Source: Auanema rhodensis
Lineage: Eukaryota; Animalia; Nematoda
Length of the DNA stretch: 64,000 nucleotides
Direction: 5' to 3'
NCBI GenBank assembly: GCA_964057225.1
Contig: OZ059895.1
Coordinates: forward strand, 23,932,001 to 23,996,000
The translations under genes and the position numbers were made by a program. The notes beneath the pieces were generated by a model. That model was not told where the DNA came from and searched no databases. It saw only the letters and a list, made by a program, of their open reading frames with translations. Each line of letters opens with the position of its first letter. Positions within the stretch are counted from its first letter, which is position 1. This document shows positions 1 to 15,000 of this stretch, in pieces.

Positions 1-3000
1 TCTAAAAACAAATTTTTATTGATATTGGTTCATGGTAACCATGACTTTGAAATTTACGTGAACTTTAATTTATGCTAATTAAATGTACACGTGATGTGCA
101 CTTGGTATGTAACTCGCTTCACGTGAAAGATAAAGAGATGCGGTTTTCAAAATTAGATTCCCCATGTCCATATTAGTCTAAAAACAAATTTTTATTGATA
201 TTGGTGCATGGTAACCATGACTTTGAAATTTACGTGAACTTTAATTTATGCTAATTAAATGTACACTTGATGTGCACTTGGTATGTAACTCGCTTCACGT
301 GAAAGATGAAGAGATGCGGTTTTCAAAATTAGATTCCCCATGTCCATATTAGTCTAAAAACAAATTTTTATTGATATTGGTGCATGGTAACCATGACTTT
401 GAAATTTACGTGAACTTTAATTTATGCTAATTAAATGTACACGTGATGTGCACTTGGTATGTAACTCGCTTCACGTGAAAGATAAAGAGATGCGGTTTTC
501 AAAATTAGATTCCCCATGTCCATATTAGTCTAAAAACAAATTTTCATTGATATTGGTGCATGGTAACCATGACTTTGAAATTTACGTGAACTTTAATTTA
601 TGCTAATTAAATGTACACGTGATGTGCACTTGGTATGTAACTCGCTTCACGTGAAAGATAAAGAGATGCGGTTTTCAAAATTAGATTCCCCATGTCCATA
701 TTAGTCTAAACTCAAATTTTTATTGATATTGGTTCATGGTAACCATGACTTTGAAATTTACGTGAACTTTAATTTATGCTAATTAAATGTACACGTGATG
801 TGCACTTGGTATGTAACTCGCTTCACGTGAAAGATAAAGAGATGCGGTTTTCAAAATTAGATTCCCCATGTCCATATTAGTCTAAAAACAAATTTTTATT
901 GATATTGGTGCATGGTAACCATGACTTTGAAATTTACGTGAACTTTAATTTATGCTAATTAAATGTACACGTGATGTGCACTTGGTATGTAACTCGCTTC
1001 ACGTGAAAGATAAAGAGATGCGGTTTTCAAAGTTAGATTCCCCATGTCCATATTAGTCTAAAAACGAATTTTTATTGATATTGGTGCATGGTAACCACGA
1101 CTTTGAAATTTACGTGAACTTTAATTTATGCTAATTAAATGTACACGTGATGTGCACTTGGTATGTAACTCGCTTCACGTGAAAGATGAAGAGATGCGGT
1201 TTTTAAAATTAGATTCCCCATGTCCATATTAGTCTAAAAACAAATTTTTATTGATATTGGTGCATGGTAACCATGACTTTGAAATTTACGTGAACTTTAA
1301 TTTATGCTAATTAAATGTACACGTGATGTGCACTTGGTATGTAACTCGCTTCACGTGAAAGATAAAGAGATGCGGTTTTCAAAATTAGATTCCCCATGTC
1401 CATATTAGTCTAAAAACAAATTTTCATTAATATTGGTGCATGGTAACCATGACTTTGAAATTTACGTGAACTTTAATTTATGCTAATTAAATGTACACGT
1501 GATGTGCACTTGGTATGTAACTCGCTTCACGTGAAAGATAAAGAGATGCGGTTTTCAAAATTAGATTCCCCATGTCCATATTAGTCTAAACACAAATTTT
1601 TATTGATATTGGTTCATGGTAACCATGACTTTGAAATTTACGTGAACTTTAATTTATGCTAATTAAATGTACACGTGATGTGCACTTGGTATGTAACTCG
1701 CTTCACGTGAAAGATAAAGAGATGCGGTTTTCAAAATTAGATTCCCCATGTGCATATTAGTCTAAAAACAAATTTTTATTGATATTGGTGCATGGTAACC
1801 ATGACTTTGAAATTTACGTGAACTTTAATTTATGCTAATTAAATGTACACGTGATGTGCACTTGGTATGTAACTCGCTTCACGTGAAAGATAAAGAGATG
1901 CGGTTTTCAAAGTTAGATTCCCCATGTCCATATTAGTCTAAAAACGAATTTTTATTGATATTGGTGCATGGTAACCACGACTTTGAAATTTACGTGAACT
2001 TTAATTTATGCTAATTAAATGTACACGTGATGTGCACTTGGTATGTAACTCGCTTCACGTGAAAGATAAAGAGATGCGGTTTTCAAAATTAGATTCCTCA
2101 TGTCCATATTAGTCTAAAAACAAATTTTTATTGATATTGGTGCATGGTAACCATGACTTTGAAATTTACGTGAACTTTAATTTATGCTAATTAAATGTAC
2201 ACGTGATGTGCACTTGGTATGTAACTCGCTTCACGTGAAAGATAAAGAGATGCGGTTTTCAAAATTAGATTCCTCATGTCCATATTAGTCTAAAAACAAA
2301 TTTTTATTGATATTGGTGCATGGTAACCATGACTTTGAAATTTACGTGAACTTTAATTTATGCTAATTAAATGTACACGTGATGTGCACTTGGTATGTAA
2401 CTCGCTTCACGTGAAAGATAAAGAGATGCGGTTTTCAAAATTAGATTCCTCATGTCCATATTAGTCTAAAAACAAATTTTTATTGATATTGGTGCATGGT
2501 AACCATGACTTTGAAATTTACGTGAACTTTAATTTATGCTAATTAAATGTACACGTGATGTGCACTTGGTATGTAACTCGCTTCACGTGAAAGATAAAGA
2601 GATGCGGTTTTCAAAATTAGATTCCCCATGTCCATATTAGTCTAAACACAAATTTTTATTGATATTGGTTCTTGGTAACCATGACTTTGAAATTTACGTG
2701 AACTTTAATTTATGCTAATTAAATGTACACGTGATGTGCACTTGGTATGTAACTCGCTTCACGTGAAAGATAAAGAGATGCGGTTTTCAAAATTAGATTC
2801 CCCATGTCCATATTAGTCTAAAAACAAATTTTTATTGATATTGGTGCATGGTAACCATGACTTTGAAATTTACGTGAACTTTAATTTATGCTAATTAAAT
2901 GTACACGTGATGTGCACTTGGTATGTAACTCGCTTCACGTGAAAGATAAAGAGATGCGGTTTTCAAAGTTAGATTCCCCATGTCCATATTAGTCTAAAAA

Positions 3001-6000
3001 CGAATTTTTATTGATATTGGTGCATGGTAACCACGACTTTGAAATTTACGTGAACTTTAATTTATGCTAATTAAATGTACACGTGATGTGCACTTGGTAT
3101 GTAACTCGCTTCACGTGAAAGATGAAGAGATGCGGTTTTCAAAATTAGATTCCCCATGTCCATATTAGTCTAAAAACAAATTTTTATTGATATTGGTGCA
3201 TGGTAACCATGACTTTGAAATTTACGTGAACTTTAATTTATGCTAATTAAATGTACACGTGATGTGCACCTGGTATGTAACTCGCTTCACGTGAAAGATA
3301 AAGAGATGCGGTTTTCAAAATTAGATTCCCCATGTCCATATTAGTCTAAAAACAAATTTTCATTAATATTGGTGCATGGTAACCATGACTTTGAAATTTA
3401 CGTGAACTTTAATTTATGCTAATTAAATGTACACGTGATGTGCACTTGGTATGTAACTCGCTTCACGTGAAAGATAAAGAGATGCGGTTTTCAAAATTAG
3501 ATTCCCCATGTCCATATTAGTCTAAACACAAATTTTTATTGATATTGGTTCATGGTAACCATGACTTTGAAATTTACGTGAACTTTAATTTATGCTAATT
3601 AAATGTACACGTGATGTGCACTTGGTATGTAACTCGCTTCACGTGAAAGATAAAGAGATGCGGTTTTCAAAATTAGATTCCCCATGTCCATATTAGTCTA
3701 AAAACAAATTTTTATTGATATTGGTGCATGGTAACCATGACTTTGAAATTTACGTGAACTTTAATTTATGCTAATTAAATGTACACGTGATGTGCACTTG
3801 GTATGTAACTCGCTTCACGTGAAAGATAAAGAGATGCGGTTTTCAAAGTTAGATTCCCCATGTCCATATTAGTCTAAAAACGAATTTTTATTGATATTGG
3901 TGCATGGTAACCACGACTTTGAAATTTACGTGAACTTTAATTTATGCTAATTAAATGTACACGTGATGTGCACTTGGTATGTAACTCGCTTCACGTGAAA
4001 GATAAAGAGATGCGGTTTTCAAAATTAGATTCCTCATGTCCATATTAGTCTAAAAACAAATTTTTATTGATATTGGTGCATGGTAACCATGACTTTGAAA
4101 TTTACGTGAACTTTAATTTATGCTAATTAAATGTACACGTGATGTGCACTTGGTATGTAACTCGCTTCACGTGAAAGATAAAGAGATGCGGTTTTCAAAA
4201 TTAGATTCCTCATGTCCATATTAGTCTAAAAACAAATTTTTATTGATATTGGTGCATGGTAACCATGACTTTGAAATTTACGTGAACTTTAATTTATGCT
4301 AATTAAATGTACACGTGATGTGCACTTGGTATGTAACTCGCTTCACGTGAAAGATAAAGAGATGCGGTTTTTAAAATTAGATTCCTCATGTCCATATTAG
4401 TCTAAAAACAAATTTTTATTGATATTGGTGCATGGTAACCATGACTTTGAAATTTACGTGAACTTTAATTTATGCTAATTAAATGTACACGTGATGTGCA
4501 CTTGGTATGTAACTCGCTTCACGTGAAAGATAAAGAGATGCGGTTTCCCAAATTAGATTCCCCATGTCCATATTAGTCTAAAAACAAATTTTTATTGATA
4601 TTGGTTCATGGTAACCATGACTTTGAAATTTACGTGAACTTTAATTTATGCTAATTAAATGTACACGTGATGTGCACTTGGTATGTAACTCGCTTCACGT
4701 GAAAGATAAAGAGATGCGGTTTTCAAAATTAGATTCCCCATGTCCATATTAGTCTAAAAACAAATTTTTATTGATATTGCTTCATGGTAACCATGACTTT
4801 GAAATTTACGTGAACTTTAATTTATGCTAATTAAATGTACACGTGATGTGCACTTGGTATGTAACTCGCTTCACGTGAAAGATAAAGAGATGCGGTTTTC
4901 AAAATTAGATTCCTCATGTCCATATTAGTCTAAAAACAAATTTTTATTGATATTGGTGCATGGTAACCATGACTTTGAAATTTACGTGAACTTTAATTTA
5001 TGCTAATTAAATGTACACGTGATGTGCACTTGGTATGTAACTCGCTTCACGTGAAAGATAAAGAGATGCGGTTTTCAAAATTAGATTCCCCATGTCCATA
5101 TTAGTCTAAAAACGAATTTTTATTGATATTGGTGCATGGTAACCACGACTTTGAAATTTACGTGAACTTTAATTTATGCTAATTAAATGTACACGTGATG
5201 TGCACTTGGTATGTAACTCGCTTCACGTGAAAGATAAAGAGATGCGGTTTTCAAAATTAGATTCCTCATGTCCATATTAGTCTAAAAACAAATTTTTATT
5301 GATATTGGTGCATGGTAACCATGACTTTGAAATTTACGTGAACTTTAATTTATGCTAATTAAATGTACACGTGATGTGCACTTGGTATGTAACTCGCTTC
5401 ACGTGAAAGATAAAGAGATGCGGTTTTCAAAATTAGATTCCCCATGTCCATATTAGTCTAAACACAAATTTTTATTGATATTGGTTCTTGGTAACCATGA
5501 CTTTGAAATTTACGTGAACTTTAATTTATGCTAATTAAATGTACACGTGATGTGCACTTGGTATGTAACTCGCTTCACGTGAAAGATAAAGAGATGCGGT
5601 TTTCAAAATTAGATTCCCCATGTCCATATTAGTCTAAAAACAAATTTTTATTGATATTGGTGCATGGTAACCATGACTTTGAAATTTACGTGAACTTTAA
5701 TTTATGCTAATTAAATGTACACGTGATGTGCACTTGGTATGTAACTCGCTTCACGTGAAAGATAAAGAGATGCGGTTTTCAAAGTTAGATTCCCCATGTC
5801 CATATTAGTCTAAAAACGAATTTTTATTGATATTGGTGCATGGTAACCACGACTTTGAAATTTACGTGAACTTTAATTTATGCTAATTAAATGTACACGT
5901 GATGTGCACTTGGTATGTAACTCGCTTCACGTGAAAGATGAAGAGATGCGGTTTTCAAAATTAGATTCCCCATGTCCATATTAGTCTAAAAACAAATTTT

Positions 6001-9000
6001 TATTGATATTGGTGCATGGTAACCATGACTTTGAAATTTACGTGAACTTTAATTTATGCTAATTAAATGTACACGTGATGTGCACTTGGTATGTAACTCG
6101 CTTCACGTGAAAGATAAAGAGATGCGGTTTTCAAAATTAGATTCCCCATGTCCATATTAGTCTAAAAACAAATTTTCATTAATATTGGTGCATGGTAACC
6201 ATGACTTTGAAATTTACGTGAACTTTAATTTATGCTAATTAAATGTACACGTGATGTGCACTTGGTATGTAACTCGCTTCACGTGAAAGATAAAGAGATG
6301 CGGTTTTCAAAATTAGATTCCCCATGTCCATATTAGTCTAAACACAAATTTTTATTGATATTGGTTCATGGTAACCATGACTTTGAAATTTACGTGAACT
6401 TTAATTTATGCTAATTAAATGTACACGTGATGTGCACTTGGTATGTAACTCGCTTCACGTGAAAGATAAAGAGATGCGGTTTTCAAAATTAGATTCCCCA
6501 TGTCCATATTAGTCTTAAAACAAATTTTTATTGATATTGGTGCATGGTAACCATGACTTTGAAATTTACGTGAACTTTAATTTATGCTAATTAAATGTAC
6601 ACGTGATGTGCACTTGGTATGTAACTCGCTTCACGTGAAAGATAAAGAGATGCGGTTTTCAAAGTTAGATTCCCCATGTCCATATTAGTCTAAAAACGAA
6701 TTTTTATTGATATTGGTGCATGGTAACCACGACTTTGAAATTTACGTGAACTTTAATTTATGCTAATTAAATGTACACGTGATGTGCACTTGGTATGTAA
6801 CTCGCTTCACGTGAAAGATAAAGAGATGCGGTTTTCAAAATTAGATTCCTCATGTCCATATTAGTCTAAAAACAAATTTTTATTGATATTGGTGCATGGT
6901 AACCATGACTTTGAAATTTACGTGAACTTTAATTTATGCTAATTAAATGTACACGTGATGTGCACTTGGTATGTAACTCGCTTCACGTGAAAGATAAAGA
7001 GATGCGGTTTTCAAAATTAGATTCCTCATGTCCATATTAGTCTAAAAACAAATTTTTATTGATATTGGTGCATGGTAACCATGACTTTGAAATTTACGTG
7101 AACTTTAATTTATGCTAATTAAATGTACACGTGATGTGCACTTGGTATGTAACTCGCTTCACGTGAAAGATAAAGAGATGCGGTTTTCAAAATTAGATTC
7201 CTCATGTCCATATTAGTCTAAAAACAAATTTTTATTGATATTGGTGCATGGTAACCATGACTTTGAAATTTACGTGAACTTTAATTTATGCTAATTAAAT
7301 GTACACGTGATGTGCACTTGGTATGTAACTCGCTTCACGTGAAAGATAAAGAGATGCGGTTTCCCAAATTAGATTCCCCATGTCCATATTAGTCTAAAAA
7401 CAAATTTTTATTGATATTGGTTCATGGTAACCATGACTTTGAAATTTACGTGAACTTTAATTTATGCTAATTAAATGTACACGTGATGTGCACTTGGTAT
7501 GTAACTCGCTTCACGTGAAAGATAAAGAGATGCGGTTTTCAAAATTAGATTCCCCATGTCCATATTAGTCTAAAAACAAATTTTTATTGATATTGCTTCA
7601 TGGTAACCATGACTTTGAAATTTACGTGAACTTTAATTTATGCTAATTAAATGTACACGTGATGTGCACTTGGTATGTAACTCGCTTCACGTGAAAGATA
7701 AAGAGATGCGGTTTTCAAAATTAGATTCCTCATGTCCATATTAGTCTAAAAACAAATTTTTATTGATATTGGTGCATGGTAACCATGACTTTGAAATTTA
7801 CGTGAACTTTAATTTATGCTAATTAAATGTACACGTGATGTGCACTTGGTATGTAACTCGCTTCACGTGAAAGATAAAGAGATGCGGTTTTCAAAATTAG
7901 ATTCCCCATGTCCATATTAGTCTAAAAACGAATTTTTATTGATATTGGTGCATGGTAACCACGACTTTGAAATTTACGTGAACTTTAATTTATGCTAATT
8001 AAATGTACACGTGATGTGCACTTGGTATGTAACTCGCTTCACGTGAAAGATAAAGAGATGCGGTTTTCAAAATTAGATTCCTCATGTCCATATTAGTCTA
8101 AAAACAAATTTTTATTGATATTGGTGCATGGTAACCATGACTTTGAAATTTACGTGAACTTTAATTTATGCTAATTAAATGTACACGTGATGTGCACTTG
8201 GTATGTAACTCGCTTCACGTGAAAGATAAAGAGATGCGGTTTTCAAAATTAGATTCCTCATGTCCATATTAGTCTAAAAACAAATTTTTATTGATATTGG
8301 TGCATGGTAACCATGACTTTGAAATTTACGTGAACTTTAATTTATGCTAATTAAATGTACACGTGATGTGCACTTGGTATGTAACTCGCTTCACGTGAAA
8401 GATAAAGAGATGCGGTTTTCAAAATTAGATTCCTCATGTCCATATTAGTCTAAAAACAAATTTTTATTGATATTGGTGCATGGTAACCACGACTTTGAAA
8501 TTTACGTGAACTTTAATTTATGCTAATTAAATGTACACGTGATGTGCACTTGGTATGTAACTCGCTTCACGTGAAAGATAAAGAGATGCGGTTTTCAAAA
8601 TTAGATTCCTCATGTCCATATTAGTCTAAAAACAAATTTTTATTGATATTGGTGCATGGTAACCATGACTTTGAAATTTACGTGAACTTTAATTTATGCT
8701 AATTAAATGTACACGTGATGTGCACTTGGTATGTAACTCGCTTCACGTGTAAGATAAAGAGATGCGGTTTTCAAAATTAGATTCCTCATGTCCATATTAG
8801 TCTAAAAACAAATTTTTATTGATATTGGTGCATGGTAACCATGACTTTGAAATTTACGTGAACTTTAATTTATGCTAATTAAATGTACACGTGATGTGCA
8901 CTTGGTATGTAACTCGCTTCACGTGAAAGATAAAGAGATGCGGTTTTCAAAATTAGATTCCCCATGTCCATATTAGTCTAAAAACAAATTTTTATTGATA

Positions 9001-12000
9001 TTGCTTCATGGTAACCATGACTTTGAAATTTACGTGAACTTTAATTTATGCTAATTAAATGTACACGTGATGTGCACTTGGTATGTAACTCGCTTCACGT
9101 GAAAGATAAAGAGATGCGGTTTTCAAAATTAGATTCCTCATGTCCATATTAGTCTAAAAACAAATTTTTATTGATATTGGTGCATGGTAACCATGACTTT
9201 GAAATTTACGTGAACTTTAATTTATGCTAATTAAATGTACACGTGATGTGCACTTGGTATGTAACTCGCTTCACGTGAAAGATAAAGAGATACGGTTTTC
9301 AAAATTAGATTCCCCATGTCCATATTAGTCTAAAAACGAATTTTTATTGATATTGGTGCATGGTAACCACGACTTTGAAATTTACGTGAACTTTAATTTA
9401 TGCTAATTAAATGTACACGTGATTTGCACTTGGTATGTAACTCGCTTCACGTGAAAGATAAAGAGATGCGGTTTTCAAAATTAGATTCCTCATGTCCATA
9501 TTAGTCTAAAAACAAATTTTTATTGATATTGGTGCATGGTAACCATGACTTTGAAATTTACGTGAACTTTAATTTATGCTAATTAAATGTACACGTGATG
9601 TGCACTTGGTATGTAACTCGCTTCACGTGAAAGATAAAGAGATGCGGTTTTCAAAATTAGATTCCTCATGTCCATATTAGTCTAAAAACAAATTTTTATT
9701 GATATTGGTGCATGGTAACCATGACTTTGAAATTTACGTGAACTTTAATTTATGCTAATTAAATGTACACGTGATGTGCACTTGGTATGTAACTCGCTTC
9801 ACGTGAAAGATAAAGAGATGCGGTTTTCAAAATTAGATTCCTCATGTCCATATTAGTCTAAAAACAAATTTTTATTGATATTGGTGCATGGTAACCATGA
9901 CTTTGAAATTTACGTGAACTTTAATTTATGCTAATTAAATGTACACGTGATGTGCACTTGGTATGTAACTCGCTTCACGTGAAAGATAAAGAGATGCGGT
10001 TTTCCAAATTAGATTCCCCATGTCCATATTAGTCTAAAAACAAATTTTTATTGATATTGGTTCATGGTAACCATGACTTTGAAATTTACGTGAACTTTAA
10101 TTTATGCTAATTAAATGTACACGTGATGTGCACTTGGTATGTAACTCGCTTCACGTGAAAGATAAAGAGATGCGGTTTTCAAAATTAGATTCTTCATGTC
10201 CATATTAGTCTAAAAACAAATTTTTATTGATATTGCTTCATGGTAACCATGACTTTGAAATTTACGTGAACTTTAATTTATGCTAATTAAATGTACACGT
10301 GATGTGCACTTGGTATGTAACTCGCTTCACGTGAAAGATAAAGAGATGCGGTTTTCACAATTAGATTCCTCATGTCCATATTAGTCTAAAAACAAATTTT
10401 TATTGATATTGGTGCATGGTAACCATGACTTTGAAATTTACGTGAACTTTAATTTATGCTAATTAAATGTACACGTGATGTGCACTTGGTATGTAACTCG
10501 CTTCACGTGAAAGATAAAGAGATGCGGTTTCCCAAATTAGATTCCCCATGTCCATATTAGTCTAAAAACAAATTTTTATTGATATTGGTTCATGGTAACC
10601 ATGACTTTGAAATTTACGTGAACTTTAATTTATGCTAATTAAATGTACACGTGATGTGCACTTGGTATGTAACTCGCTTCACGTGAAAGATAAAGAGATG
10701 CGGTTTTCAAAATTAGATTCCCCATGTCCATATTAGTCTAAAAACAAATTTTTATTGATATTGCTTCATGGTAACCATGACTTTGAAATTTACGTGAACT
10801 TTAATTTATGCTAATTAAATGTACACGTGATGTGCACTTGGTATGTAACTCGCTTCACGTGAAAGATAAAGAGATGCGGTTTTCAAAATTAGATTCCTCA
10901 TGTCCATATTAGTCTAAAAACAAATTTTTATTGATATTGGTGCATGGTAACCATGACTTTGAAATTTACGTGAACTTTAATTTATGCTAATTAAATGTAC
11001 ACGTGATGTGCACTTGGTATGTAACTCGCTTCACGTGAAAGATAAAGAGATACGGTTTTCAAAATTAGATTCCCCATGTCCATATTAGTCTAAAAACGAA
11101 TTTTTATTGATATTGGTGCATGGTAACCACGACTTTGAAATTTACGTGAACTTTAATTTATGCTAATTAAATGTACACGTGATTTGCACTTGGTATGTAA
11201 CTCGCTTCACGTGAAAGATAAAGAGATGCGGTTTTCAAAATTAGATTCCTCATGTCCATATTAGTCTAAAAACAAATTTTTATTGATATTGGTGCATGGT
11301 AACCATGACTTTGAAATTTACGTGAACTTTAATTTATGCTAATTAAATGTACACGTGATGTGCACTTGGTATGTAACTCGCTTCACGTGAAAGATAAAGA
11401 GATGCGGTTTTCAAAATTAGATTCCTCATGTCCATATTAGTCTAAAAACAAATTTTTATTGATATTGGTGCATGGTAACCATGACTTTGAAATTTACGTG
11501 AACTTTAATTTATGCTAATTAAATGTACACGTGATGTGCACTTGGTATGTAACTCGCTTCACGTGAAAGATAAAGAGATGCGGTTTTCAAAATTAGATTC
11601 CTCATGTCCATATTAGTCTAAAAACAAATTTTTATTGATATTGGTGCATGGTAACCATGACTTTGAAATTTACGTGAACTTTAATTTATGCTAATTAAAT
11701 GTACACGTGATGTGCACTTGGTATGTAACTCGCTTCACGTGAAAGATAAAGAGATGCGGTTTTCCAAATTAGATTCCCCATGTCCATATTAGTCTAAAAA
11801 CAAATTTTTATTGATATTGGTTCATGGTAACCATGACTTTGAAATTTACGTGAACTTTAATTTATGCTAATTAAATGTACACGTGATGTGCACTTGGTAT
11901 GTAACTCGCTTCACGTGAAAGATAAAGAGATGCGGTTTTCAAAATTAGATTCTTCATGTCCATATTAGTCTAAAAACAAATTTTTATTGATATTGCTTCA

Positions 12001-15000
12001 TGGTAACCATGACTTTGAAATTTACGTGAACTTTAATTTATGCTAATTAAATGTACACGTGATGTGCACTTGGTATGTAACTCGCTTCACGTGAAAGATA
12101 AAGAGATGCGGTTTTCACAATTAGATTCCTCATGTCCATATTAGTCTAAAAACAAATTTTTATTGATATTGGTGCATGGTAACCATGACTTTGAAATTTA
12201 CGTGAACTTTAATTTATGCTAATTAAATGTACACGTGATGTGCACTTGGTATGTAACTCGCTTCACGTGAAAGATAAAGAGATGCGGTTTTCAAAGTTAG
12301 ATTCCCCATGTCCATATTAGTCTAAAAACGAATTTTTATTGATATTGGTGCATGGTAACCACGACTTTGAAATTTACGTGAACTTTAATTTATGCTAATT
12401 AAATGTACACGTGATGTGCACTTGGTATGTAACTCGCTTCACGTGAAAGATAAAGAGATGCGGTTTTCCAAATTAGATTCCCCATGTCCATATTAGTCTA
12501 AAAACAAATTTTTATTGATATTGGTTCATGGTAACCATGACTTTGAAATTTACGTGAACTTTAATTTATGCTAATTAAATGTACACGTGATGTGCACTTG
12601 GTATGTAACTCGCTTCACGTGAAAGATAAAGAGATGCGGTTTTCAAAATTAGATTCTTCATGTCCATATTAGTCTAAAAACAAATTTTTATTGATATTGC
12701 TTCATGGTAACCATGACTTTGAAATTTACGTGAACTTTAATTTATGCTAATTAAATGTACACGTGATGTGCACTTGGTATGTAACTCGCTTCACGTGAAA
12801 GATAAAGAGATGCGGTTTTCACAATTAGATTCCTCATGTCCATATTAGTCTAAAAACAAATTTTTATTGATATTGGTGCATGGTAACCATGACTTTGAAA
12901 TTTACGTGAACTTTAATTTATGCTAATTAAATGTACACGTGATGTGCACTTGGTATGTAACTCGCTTCACGTGAAAGATAAAGAGATACGGTTTTCAAAA
13001 TTAGATTCCCCATGTCCATATTAGTCTAAAAACGAATTTTTATTGATATTGGTGCATGGTAACCACGACTTTGAAATTTACGTGAACTTTAATTTATGCT
13101 AATTAAATGTACACGTGATGTGCACTTGGTATGTAACTCGCTTCACGTGAAAGATAAAGAGATGCGGTTTTCAAAGTTAGATTCCCCATGTCCATATTAG
13201 TCTAAAAACGAATTTTTATTGATATTGGTTCATGGTAACCATGACTTTGAAATTTACGTGAACTTTAATTTATGCTAATTAAATGTACACGTGATGTGCA
13301 CTTGGTATGTAACTCGCTTCACGTGAAAGATAAAGAGATGCGGTTTTCAAAATTAGATTCCTCATGTCCATATTAGTCTAAAAACAAATTTTTATTGATA
13401 TTGGTGCATGGTAACCACGACTTTGAAATTTACGTGAACTTTAATTTATGCTAATTAAATGTACACGTGATGTGCACTTGGTATGTAACTCGCTTCACGT
13501 GAAAGATAAAGAGATGCGGTTTTCAAAATTAGATTCCTCATGTCCATATTAGTCTAAAAACAAATTTTTATTGATATTGGTGCATGGTAACCATGACTTT
13601 GAAATTTACGTGAACTTTAATTTATGCTAATTAAATGTACACGTGATGTGCACTTGGTATGTAACTCGCTTCACGTGTAAGATAAAGAGATGCGGTTTTC
13701 ACAATTAGATTCCTCATGTCCATATTAGTCTAAAAACAAATTTTTATTGATATTGGTGCATGGTAACCATGACTTTGAAATTTACGTGAACTTTAATTTA
13801 TGCTAATTAAATGTACACGTGATGTGCACTTGGTATGTAACTCGCTTCACGTGAAAGATAAAGAGATGCGGTTTTCAAAATTAGATTCCCCATGTCCATA
13901 TTAGTCTAAAAACAAATTTTTATTGATATTGCTTCATGGTAACCATGACTTTGAAATTTACGTGAACTTTAATTTATGCTAATTAAATGTACACGTGATG
14001 TGCACTTGGTATGTAACTCGCTTCACGTGAAAGATAAAGAGATGCGGTTTTCAAAATTAGATTCCTCATGTCCATATTAGTCTAAAAACAAATTTTTATT
14101 GATATTGGTGCATGGTAACCATGACTTTGAAATTTACGTGAACTTTAATTTATGCTAATTAAATGTACACGTGATGTGCACTTGGTATGTAACTCGCTTC
14201 ACGTGAAAGATAAAGAGATACGGTTTTCAAAATTAGATTCCCCATGTCCATATTAGTCTAAAAACGAATTTTTATTGATATTGGTGCATGGTAACCACGA
14301 CTTTGAAATTTACGTGAACTTTAATTTATGCTAATTAAATGTACACGTGATTTGCACTTGGTATGTAACTCGCTTCACGTGAAAGATAAAGAGATGCGGT
14401 TTTCAAAATTAGATTCCTCATGTCCATATTAGTCTAAAAACAAATTTTTATTGATATTGGTGCATGGTAACCATGACTTTGAAATTTACGTGAACTTTAA
14501 TTTATGCTAATTAAATGTACACGTGATGTGCACTTGGTATGTAACTCGCTTCACGTGAAAGATAAAGAGATGCGGTTTTCAAAATTAGATTCCTCATGTC
14601 CATATTAGTCTAAAAACAAATTTTTATTGATATTGGTGCATGGTAACCATGACTTTGAAATTTACGTGAACTTTAATTTATGCTAATTAAATGTACACGT
14701 GATGTGCACTTGGTATGTAACTCGCTTCACGTGAAAGATAAAGAGATGCGGTTTTCAAAATTAGATTCCTCATGTCCATATTAGTCTAAAAACAAATTTT
14801 TATTGATATTGGTGCATGGTAACCATGACTTTGAAATTTACGTGAACTTTAATTTATGCTAATTAAATGTACACGTGATGTGCACTTGGTATGTAACTCG
14901 CTTCACGTGAAAGATAAAGAGATGCGGTTTTCCAAATTAGATTCCCCATGTCCATATTAGTCTAAAAACAAATTTTTATTGATATTGGTTCATGGTAACC

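Noticed and set aside
1-176. Identity with alpha satellite or Arabidopsis CEN178, or a CENP-B box
   Set aside because: Only the length is similar. I recognise no sequence match and see no TTCG....A..CGGG motif.
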